Origin: Mangrovibacterium sp. | GTDB lineage: Bacteria; Bacteroidota; Bacteroidia; Bacteroidales; Prolixibacteraceae | Assembly (NCBI RefSeq): GCF_041596335.1 | Contig: NZ_JBFHIT010000009.1 | Location: forward strand, 29,458-93,457 | Direction of reading: 5' to 3' | DNA: 64,000 nt | Part shown: in pieces, positions 56,452 through 64,000 of the stretch | Position numbering within the stretch: the first letter of the stretch is position 1 | Layout: each line of letters starts with the position of its first letter | Notes under the pieces: model-generated | Databases searched by the model: none | The model's input: only the letters and a program-made list of their open reading frames with translations | What the model was told of the DNA's origin: nothing | Program-made: the position numbers and the translations under genes

Positions 56452-57498
56452 ATGAGCCGAACAATACGAACAGCCCTCGCTTCTTTTGGAATGTCTGGGA
56501 TGGTTTTTCACGGACCATCGTTAAAAGTCAATCCTAATTTTCAGATCAGCAAGATTCTGGAGCGCTCTAAAAATTTGTCAGAGCCCAACTATCCCGAAGC
56601 AACTGTTGTTCGCGATTTCGATGAGCTTATAAGCGATTCGGCGATTGATTTGGTGCTGATTAACACGCCGGATTATCTTCATTACACAATGTGTAAACAG
56701 GCTCTTGAGGCCGGCAAGCATGTGGTCGTTGAGAAACCCTTTACCCAAACCATGGAACAAGCCAACGACTTAATTGAATTGGCAAAGAAAAAAGGGTTGG
56801 TGCTCACTGTTTATCAGAACAGGCGTTGGGATGGCGATTTTATGACTGTGAAAAAAATCTTGGAGGAAAAACAATTGGGGCGTCTGGTTGAGTTCGAGTC
56901 ACATTTCGACCGTTATCGCAATTTCATACAACCAAATACATGGAAAGAAGAAGGGATTGACCGGGTAGGGGTATTGTACAACCTGGGGTCGCACATGGTC
57001 GATCAGGTGCTGAATTTGTTTGGAATGCCCGGTGAGGTGACGGCGCACCTGGCGAAACTGCGAACGGGTGGTGTGGTGCCCGATTATTATGACATTCGCC
57101 TACAGTACAATGGTTTTGCGGCCTTGCTTAAAAGCTCGTACCTGGTTCGGGAGCCGGGCCCACGGTATTCATTGCATGGTACGCTGGGGTCTTTTCAGAA
57201 ATGGGGAATCGATCCGCAGGAAGAAGCTCTAAAGGCCGGGAAACTGCCAAATGAGTTTGGCTGGGGTGAAGAACCCGAAGAAGCATGGGGATTTTTACAT
57301 ACAGAGAACGAAGGTCAGCTTGTTCAAAAGCGACTGAAAACGATCGCTGGTAATTATGCCGTTTTTTACGAAAATGTCTATGACGCGATTGTGAATGGCG
57401 CTGATTTGTGGGTTAAGCCTGAAGAAAGTCGTGATTGTTTGAAAGTTCTCGAAGCTTGTTTGCTGAGTAATGCCGAAAAGCGAACGATTAAATTGTAG
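56452..57498 (+). CDS. Gfo/Idh/MocA-family oxidoreductase (YdgJ-like)
   Basis: FGMSG, KHVVVEKPF, YQNRRWDGDF, YNLGSHMVDQ. Confidence 0.9.
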   Translation: MSRTIRTALASFGMSGMVFHGPSLKVNPNFQISKILERSKNLSEPNYPEATVVRDFDELISDSAIDLVLINTPDYLHYTMCKQALEAGKHVVVEKPFTQTMEQANDLIELAKKKGLVLTVYQNRRWDGDFMTVKKILEEKQLGRLVEFESHFDRYRNFIQPNTWKEEGIDRVGVLYNLGSHMVDQVLNLFGMPGEVTAHLAKLRTGGVVPDYYDIRLQYNGFAALLKSSYLVREPGPRYSLHGTLGSFQKWGIDPQEEALKAGKLPNEFGWGEEPEEAWGFLHTENEGQLVQKRLKTIAGNYAVFYENVYDAIVNGADLWVKPEESRDCLKVLEACLLSNAEKRTIKL

Positions 57499-57499
57499 A

Positions 57500-58435
57500 T
57501 CAGTTTTGCCGGTCGTCAAGCTCAACTTCTTTCCGAATCTTCCGTTCTTTTATTTTTCCATGATACAATACCACACTGTATTTCAGTGTCAGTGGAACAT
57601 CTTTCTCGAGTAATATTGGTGAGCGTCCCGGGAAAACAGCATTTTGCATACTGGCTTTCTTACGTAGGATCCAGCTGTTGGCAGGCTGTGGGTTGGTTGG
57701 TGCGGCATATAAAATGATCCCTCCTTCACTTTTCCCGTTTTTTGCTATTGAGCCCCTTATGTGGATATAATCGCCGGCAGTTACCGGTAAATTTTGTGGT
57801 TCAATAAGGCCTTGATTCGATTTAAACTGCACATCATCAGTTAATTTTATCCGGGCAGAAAATCCTCCGTAGCCTTTATCGTTATCGGCTCCACCTAGCT
57901 GCAGGCTGTCAACCAGCGAAGTTAAACCGATGGTAAAATGAATAATTCGGAAGTTTCCTTTTTGTTGATGAAAAGTAAACGAGGTTGTTTCTTTGAGATA
58001 GGCTTCTTTACCTTCTTTGTACTTCGGCGAACTCCAAAAGGCGGTTGTGTGAACCTCCCCGTCGCCATTTTTCAGGCGACTGAATTCAATGGTCTTTACA
58101 TCAATCGAGAAATCGATCAAATCCCAACCGTCGCTAATCTTTTTGTTGTCGATTAAAATCTGATGCCAGGCCCAAAATATACCACGATGATGGGGATGAT
58201 CGTCCGGCGCATTTTCGGTGATGGTTGTGCCGTCAGGAAGCATCAGTGGATGAAGGAAATTGTTCCTTTTTTCGGACTGATTGATTCCCATTGGCTCTTT
58301 TTGGTAAAAGGCAACGTTTTTGCCTCCGTCGGTAATCCAAATTCCACCTTGTTCTTTTTTAATACTAATTTGCGCCGATGTTGTTCCGGCTCCCAACAGC
58401 AGAACAAATAGCACAATATTTAATTTTCTTATCAT
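57500..58435 (-). CDS. PmoA / DUF6807-family secreted protein
   Basis: FLHPL, DDHPHHRGIFWAWH, KGYGGF; signal peptide. Confidence 0.7.
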   Translation of the reverse strand: MIRKLNIVLFVLLLGAGTTSAQISIKKEQGGIWITDGGKNVAFYQKEPMGINQSEKRNNFLHPLMLPDGTTITENAPDDHPHHRGIFWAWHQILIDNKKISDGWDLIDFSIDVKTIEFSRLKNGDGEVHTTAFWSSPKYKEGKEAYLKETTSFTFHQQKGNFRIIHFTIGLTSLVDSLQLGGADNDKGYGGFSARIKLTDDVQFKSNQGLIEPQNLPVTAGDYIHIRGSIAKNGKSEGGIILYAAPTNPQPANSWILRKKASMQNAVFPGRSPILLEKDVPLTLKYSVVLYHGKIKERKIRKEVELDDRQN

Positions 58436-58535
58436 GGAGGTTTTAAGTCGATGGTTCTTGTTAGTCAGGCTTCTAAGTTAGAAAAATGAAAAAGAGATTG
58501 CATAATGATTACGCAATTATTGCAGAAAATGGGTA

Positions 58536-60524
58536 TTACTGTAATCCTTTTTTAAAATTGAAAATGGTTGATGGTTGAATTGTTTCCCCGGAACGGTACC
58601 CCAGAAAAAGCTTCTTAATCCATTTGGGATTGGGAGCCTGATGTTTCAGATCGATTAAATAACGGCTGAAGCCGCTTTTTACTAACTGCTTTTTATACTG
58701 AAACAGATTGACAGGCCGATCCGGAATGACGATGGTGATTCCATCTGAAATCTGCTTGCGGTAAGTTTTATTGAATTCATCTTTAAACTGATGATTTTCG
58801 TTCTCAACTTTCACGGGCATACGCGAATAAAACAGCTCCGGAATGCTGTGCAACAACACAATACCCTGCCTGTTCTGCAGATTATTCAGGTTTTCGAAAT
58901 CATTTTCGAGCGAGTAGCAAAAGTTTAGGGCATTTTGACTGTTAATGAATTTCGATGCCGCATCGTTGTAAACGTAAACTTGCTCGTTACAGCTCATCCG
59001 GCAGTTATTCGGCAGTAAGTTTTTCTGCGACAAATGACTGACAAAAAAATGATTGATACCATTCGATTCCGCTGTCGCAATCAGTTTTCGCCATTGATCG
59101 AGCTGCCCTTCAGCAATAAATTTGGGTAGTTCGATGGCTATTTTAGTCTTGTTTTTTCGAATGAAACTTTGGTCCCAGCTTAGTTCATTCAACTGTTGCC
59201 GGCTAAGCGACAGAATAATGCAATCCACCTCTTCAGCCCGAATAAACGGAAACCAACCGGTATCGTCAATACGCAAAAACAGACTTTGGTTCGGGCTCGG
59301 TTTTGTTGCGATGTTCTGTTGGCTGATCATTTGACTTTTCTTCTGAAAGTTCAGCTGAACCCGTGGAGCCTGAACTTTAGGGAGGCGGGAAGGGAAGGAT
59401 TGCTCGCGGCGACCAATCCAGTAAACTTCGTCACCCGAATTTACGGTCTCTTCGCTTCGGTTCGGAAAACTATATCGGCCGTTTTCTTCCCATACGTCTT
59501 CCAGCTTTAAACTGGTTGTTTTATTCGTTTTCGCATGCTGAATTCGAATACGGTCGTTGTTTTTAAGCTCCTGAGTACTAAAAATAGTAATCTCCGATTT
59601 GGTGGCGCGAATCACTTGCCCCAACGGAATGCCGGTATTCGAATTGTCCGCAATGGCTTCTGAAACATCGCTGGCCAGAAAGTAGCCCGTTTTGGCCCGT
59701 CCAAAATCTAACCGAAGCATTTCTTCTGCCTCCGCTTTGCGATCCGGATGATCGAGCACTAAACGGTAAGCCGATGCGACCTGGTAAACATAGTCGGCCG
59801 ACTTCATCCGTCCTTCAACTTTCAACGAATGGATGCCAGCGCTGTTCAGCTTTTCAATGTTTGCCAGTTGTTGATTATCCTTTAGGTTGAACAGGTATTT
59901 CTGTTGATTATCATCGTTGTATACCATGCGGCACGGCTGACTGCACATTCCGCGGTTGGCGCCCCGGCCACCAATGTAGCTGCTAAAAAAGCACTGTCCC
60001 GAAAACGAATAACAGAGTGCTCCGTGAATAAAAACTTCGAGTTCGCAGGCCGGATTTTTCGAGATCGTCTCAATCTCTGTCGCGGTTAGTTCACGTGCCA
60101 AAACAACTCGTTTAATTCCAAGTCGAGCGGCAAACTCTACGCCAACCGAATTGTGCGTTCCCATTTGGGTGCTGGCATGCACGATAAGCTTAGGGAAAAA
60201 CTGTTTGGCTAGTGCAAATACTCCCCAATCCTGAACAATAATGGCATCGACTCCAACTTTCTCCAGATAGGCTAAAAAGTCGAGCAACTTGGGAAGCTCT
60301 TTATTTTTGATCACGGTATTGAGGGTGATATACACCTTTACCCCGTGGTTTCGGGCTTCCTGCATGATCGCCGGTAATTGGTCTTCGCTGAAGTTGTTGG
60401 CACGAACCCGCGCATTAAACTGTTTCAAGCCCAGATAAACCGCATCGGCACCACCTCGGGTGGCCGCCCGAAACGAATCTACACTCCCGGCCGGAACCAG
60501 TAATTCCGCTTTGTTTTTCCCCAT
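58536..60524 (-). CDS. U32 peptidase-family protein, long form (RlhA-like RNA hydroxylase)
   Basis: ELLVPAG, GADAVYLG, HASTQM, RVVLAREL, HGALCYSFSGQC, NRGMCSQPCR, SLKVEGRMK; start uncertain (60524-60551). Confidence 0.85.
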   Translation of the reverse strand: MGKNKAELLVPAGSVDSFRAATRGGADAVYLGLKQFNARVRANNFSEDQLPAIMQEARNHGVKVYITLNTVIKNKELPKLLDFLAYLEKVGVDAIIVQDWGVFALAKQFFPKLIVHASTQMGTHNSVGVEFAARLGIKRVVLARELTATEIETISKNPACELEVFIHGALCYSFSGQCFFSSYIGGRGANRGMCSQPCRMVYNDDNQQKYLFNLKDNQQLANIEKLNSAGIHSLKVEGRMKSADYVYQVASAYRLVLDHPDRKAEAEEMLRLDFGRAKTGYFLASDVSEAIADNSNTGIPLGQVIRATKSEITIFSTQELKNNDRIRIQHAKTNKTTSLKLEDVWEENGRYSFPNRSEETVNSGDEVYWIGRREQSFPSRLPKVQAPRVQLNFQKKSQMISQQNIATKPSPNQSLFLRIDDTGWFPFIRAEEVDCIILSLSRQQLNELSWDQSFIRKNKTKIAIELPKFIAEGQLDQWRKLIATAESNGINHFFVSHLSQKNLLPNNCRMSCNEQVYVYNDAASKFINSQNALNFCYSLENDFENLNNLQNRQGIVLLHSIPELFYSRMPVKVENENHQFKDEFNKTYRKQISDGITIVIPDRPVNLFQYKKQLVKSGFSRYLIDLKHQAPNPKWIKKLFLGYRSGETIQPSTIFNFKKGLQ

Positions 60525-60821
60525 TATTGACATTTTTGGCAAAAATAGCATTAAAATTTCAAGTACCTACGATCTAAAATCCGACTTAAGTGTAAAGCAA
60601 TTTTTACAATCATTATTCGCTCATCGGCCAGAATTCAGCTTTCATCCCACGAAAGCATTCGTTCATGAAATTACGTTCGAAAAACTTACTGTGGTCATAA
60701 TAAAAATATAAATTGGAAGTCTGTTTTTACGCGTAGGGAGAAAGCCGCTTTGGATTGAAGAGAAAGAGTACTTTGAGGAAACACAGTTTAACTGGCAGCA
60801 TTCCGAAACCAACCGCCTGAA

Positions 60822-60935
60822 AATAAAAACTCCCACCGAAGCGGGAGTATAGGTTTTAACACCTTCGGCATATAGCCTTATTGTGATAAGATGTAAAATG
60901 ATTCAATTTTATGTCTGCTAAAGTAAAGAATTGAT
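60822..60935 (-). ncRNA. Probable tracrRNA, divergent from cas9
   Basis: Minus strand ...CATCTTATCACAATAAGGCTATATGCCGAAGGTGTTAAAACCTATACTCCCGC-TTCG-GTGGGAGTTTTT: anti-repeat end, GGC/GCC nexus, AGGT/ACCT hairpin, C(UUCG)G terminator; 5' end approximate. Confidence 0.72.
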
Positions 60936-60972
60936 AAATACAAAACAATAGATAATATAAAAAAATAAACTT

Positions 60973-63900
60973 ATGGCTAAAATACTGGGACTTGACTTAG
61001 GCACCAACAGCATCGGCTGGGCAGTGGTGGACGCTACAATGAAAGATGGACAGGTTGAACGTTACTTATCGATTTCTGATTCAGGAGTTCGGATTTTTCC
61101 CGAAGGCGTTGAACCAAACACAATCGGGCAAGGCGATAAAGAACAGTCGAAAAATGCAACAAGGAGAGAACATCGACAAATGCGTCGTCAGTTTTATCGC
61201 AAGAAGTTGAGAAAAGTGAAATTGCTTGAGGCTCTGGTTAAACTGAAAATGTGTCCCTTGTCTGTCGATGGCCTTAAGGGATGGAGTAAATGGGAAAAGT
61301 CTCAGAAAACCAATGGGCAACAATTTCCATCGGAGCCGGATTTTGTTGAATGGCTTAAACTTAATCCATACGAGTTACGTGCCAAAGCGTTAGATGAACA
61401 GCTTAGTATGCAGGAACTAGGCCGCATTTTTTATCATTTCATACAACGCCGAGGATTTTTAAGTAGTCGAAAGGGGAGCGATGATGGAGCGATATACAAA
61501 GGCAAGGAAAATATGTCGGGGATTGATAGTACCCGTGTGCTGATGGACGGACAAACACTTGGAAAAGCGCTACATGACATATCATATAAGCCTGGTGAAA
61601 AATACCACAACAAAATAGACAAAGATGGGAAAGCCTTGAGGTTGCGTGCCCGATATACCCAACGGGACATGTATATTGACGAATTTCAGAGAATTTGGGA
61701 AAAACAAGCCGCTCGATTAGACCTAGACCGGAGAGTAATGCCTGTGCGGAAAATCCGATTTCTGAAAGGTAGTTTGGAAAGTCCCCGCAACCAGCATAAG
61801 CTGGAAAAGTACAAGGAAAAATATGGCGAGAATAACCTCTTTATCGAGGACAATAAAGTGACAAGTATTGCTGAAATTCCTTTGAAAAAATATTTTGCCG
61901 GTGAAATTGAAGAGTTGGATGGACAATTGAAGTTTAAAAGTAACGAGAGTTTGTTGTTTTGGCAACGGCCACTTCGATCTCAGAAGAACTTGCTGGACAA
62001 CTGTCGTTTCGAGAACAACCGGCCTGTGCTAATGACAAACGGACAATACCGGATGAAAAATGGGGAATTGGTGCTCCGTAGCAAAAAGCCTTGCCCTTTG
62101 TCTCACCCCGAGTTTGAACTGTTCAGGGCCTATCAGTTCATTAATAACATCCGGTACGGAAAAGGACAGAAGCTGACCTTGGAACAGCGACAACAAGTAT
62201 TGGAACTGATGAACGGCAGAGATGGTAATTTCAATTTTGAAGAAATACCGAAGGCATTGAAGTTGACTTATGAGAAGTTCAACTACGACAATGACCAGAA
62301 AATAGCAGGGAACACTACAATAAAAAAACTAACTCCGCTTTTTCCCGCTAGCATTTGGGAACGCAACTATGAGGTTATTTGGCATTGCTTCTATTTTTAT
62401 GATGATAATGAGCGATTGTTTGCAAAACTGAAAAAGGATTTTCAATTAAAAGTTGACGACCCTGATAAAATTTCGAAAATCCGATTGAAAGACGGTTATT
62501 CGAATGTTTCGTTGAAAGCAATCCGCAATATCAATCCGTTTTTGGAAAAAGGCTATTTGTACGCTGACTCTGTTGTATTAGGGGGCGTAAAAAACGCTTT
62601 TGGATATCGTTGGGGAAATTTTGAAATGTACCAGGATGAAATTGAGCGGGCTGTATGTCAGATATTGCGGGAAGACAATAAAGAAGGTGAAGGCATCGAA
62701 AAAATAAAAGAATGGTTAGCCTCTCCGGTGAATAGTTACGGTTTCTCGAAAAAAGATCCGGCGTTTTCGCAATTATATCATCACAGTCAGGAAATTTTGA
62801 AGAAAGAACGCCTGGCTTTAGTGCCTGAGCTGGAAAATTTACGGAACCCGATTGTTCAACAAGCACTACAGGAGATGCGCCGTTTAGTGAATTCGTTGTT
62901 GAAAAAATATCGGGAAAAAGAGCCTGACTTTTCGTTTGACCGGATTCATGTGGAAATGGGGCGCGACCTAAAAAACAACAAAACTAAGCGCCAAGATTTA
63001 ACGCGTAAGATCAGGGATAATGAGAAAAAGAATGATGAGGCCCGGAAGCGACTGGAAGAATTTGGATTGCGACCGACTCGGGATAACTTATTGCGCTATT
63101 TACTGTACGATGAAATTCAAATGCATGTGTCTGGGCCCGTTCTCTGCCCTTATACCGGCAAGGTGATTAGCATGGCCGACCTAATTGGCGGAGGCAATAC
63201 CGTACAAATTGAACACATGGTTCCTTACAGCGTATCGCTCGACGATAGTTTCGGAAACAAAACTCTTTGTGAAGCCAACTTTAATCGGATGAAAGGCGAG
63301 AAAACCCCTTATGAGTTTTACCTGACTAACCCGGATTATAAACTTTGGGGCATCAATAAATATCCAGATTTGGAGGATGGCTGGAAAGAAATTTCGGAAC
63401 GGGCTTTCAAGGTGTTACCCTACCCAAAAGCTAAACGTTTTACTGTGAAGAAGAAGATTGAAAAAACTGATTTTATTGAACGCCAGCTAAACGACACACG
63501 ATACATTAGTCGCAAAGCGGTTGAATCATTATCGGCCATCTGTAGCGATGTGCGCATGTTGCCAGGACAGGTAACCGCCGAGTTGCGTCACCTCTGGGGA
63601 ATCAACAATATTCTGAACCCTGTTCTGGGAATTGAAAACTTTAAAGCCGAAGTGAGGGGTGACGAACGGTTGACCTATTATGTGGTTACTGATGAAGATA
63701 ACCGGGTATTGGCAATGCAGCGAAAATCAAACGACCGTCCGGAAACTGGCGCTGAACAACTGGTGCTGACCGGAGCTGTAAATAAGGGAGCTTTTTCGTC
63801 GAAATATTTACGTATGAAAATAGATGCACCTAATTTGAAAGATGGTGAATACTGGGCTGTGGTGAATGTTTCGGCACCACATTCATTTCAATCGGTATTT

Positions 63901-64000
63901 GCTGAAAAACCCGATGGGGATGAGCAGCGGCTTGTATTTAAAGGTCGGGTTGAAAAACAGTTTTTTACAAACGATACGGTTGGCAAACGGATTAAGGCAG
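60973..64000 (+). CDS. cas9: Type II-C CRISPR nuclease Cas9, 3'-truncated by the window (1009 aa visible)
   Basis: Own translation, no stop: MAKILGLDLGTNSIGWAVV (RuvC-I), Arg-rich bridge helix, LRNPIV, IHVEMGRD (RuvC-II), CPYTG...IEHMVP...NKTLC...N..KG (HNH), RQLNDTRYI, TAELRHLWG. Confidence 0.96.
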   Translation, partial: MAKILGLDLGTNSIGWAVVDATMKDGQVERYLSISDSGVRIFPEGVEPNTIGQGDKEQSKNATRREHRQMRRQFYRKKLRKVKLLEALVKLKMCPLSVDGLKGWSKWEKSQKTNGQQFPSEPDFVEWLKLNPYELRAKALDEQLSMQELGRIFYHFIQRRGFLSSRKGSDDGAIYKGKENMSGIDSTRVLMDGQTLGKALHDISYKPGEKYHNKIDKDGKALRLRARYTQRDMYIDEFQRIWEKQAARLDLDRRVMPVRKIRFLKGSLESPRNQHKLEKYKEKYGENNLFIEDNKVTSIAEIPLKKYFAGEIEELDGQLKFKSNESLLFWQRPLRSQKNLLDNCRFENNRPVLMTNGQYRMKNGELVLRSKKPCPLSHPEFELFRAYQFINNIRYGKGQKLTLEQRQQVLELMNGRDGNFNFEEIPKALKLTYEKFNYDNDQKIAGNTTIKKLTPLFPASIWERNYEVIWHCFYFYDDNERLFAKLKKDFQLKVDDPDKISKIRLKDGYSNVSLKAIRNINPFLEKGYLYADSVVLGGVKNAFGYRWGNFEMYQDEIERAVCQILREDNKEGEGIEKIKEWLASPVNSYGFSKKDPAFSQLYHHSQEILKKERLALVPELENLRNPIVQQALQEMRRLVNSLLKKYREKEPDFSFDRIHVEMGRDLKNNKTKRQDLTRKIRDNEKKNDEARKRLEEFGLRPTRDNLLRYLLYDEIQMHVSGPVLCPYTGKVISMADLIGGGNTVQIEHMVPYSVSLDDSFGNKTLCEANFNRMKGEKTPYEFYLTNPDYKLWGINKYPDLEDGWKEISERAFKVLPYPKAKRFTVKKKIEKTDFIERQLNDTRYISRKAVESLSAICSDVRMLPGQVTAELRHLWGINNILNPVLGIENFKAEVRGDERLTYYVVTDEDNRVLAMQRKSNDRPETGAEQLVLTGAVNKGAFSSKYLRMKIDAPNLKDGEYWAVVNVSAPHSFQSVFAEKPDGDEQRLVFKGRVEKQFFTNDTVGKRIKA

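Noticed and set aside
58536-60551. Functional link between the U32 protein and cas9
   Set aside because: Divergent housekeeping RNA-modification gene; adjacency is likely just the insertion site of the CRISPR locus.
60590-60825. Possible gene remnant between the U32 gene and the tracrRNA
   Set aside because: Short open stretches without a start codon or recognisable homology.
61081-62866. Four minus-strand ORFs in the track (61081, 61434, 61723, 62531)
   Set aside because: Antisense shadows of cas9, which the track missed because it has no stop inside the window.
60552-64000. CRISPR array near cas9
   Set aside because: No regularly spaced repeats found; the array and cas1/cas2 must lie beyond the window if they exist.
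1-64000. tRNA or rRNA genes, IS transposases
   Set aside because: No cloverleaf or T-loop signatures, rRNA motifs, or transposase ORFs with terminal inverted repeats were seen.

Overview
A 64-kb chromosomal segment of a Bacteroidota bacterium (inferred from TAnnTTTG promoters, A-rich start contexts, and BatA/TamB/DUF1573/PmoA-type genes). Most of it is housekeeping: redox and stress genes, the nusB-yajC-coaE-prmA cluster, dnaX, relA/spoT, exbBD-tonB, tamB, tsaD and rpsF-rpsR-rplI. Four non-routine items stand out. (1) A 9,155-bp tyrosine-integrase element bounded by perfect 29-bp direct repeats is inserted in the rpsF-rpsR-rplI terminator. It has arm-type sites, an excisionase, an AAA helicase, a primase, an iteron-like origin and HicAB, but no recognisable relaxase or capsid gene. 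Its cargo is a divergent RimK-family ATP-grasp ligase in a coupled 4-gene operon, placed right beside the gene for RimK's canonical substrate bS6. (2) A type II-C cas9, absent from the ORF track because it runs off the window, has a large internally repeated insertion in RuvC-III and a divergent tracrRNA. (3) dnaX is split at an A11 run, implying programmed slippage or frameshifting. (4) A SatD(cyclase-like)-HTH plus DUF3307 membrane-protein pair is preceded by a 29-bp-period operator array. No tRNA, rRNA or CRISPR array was seen.
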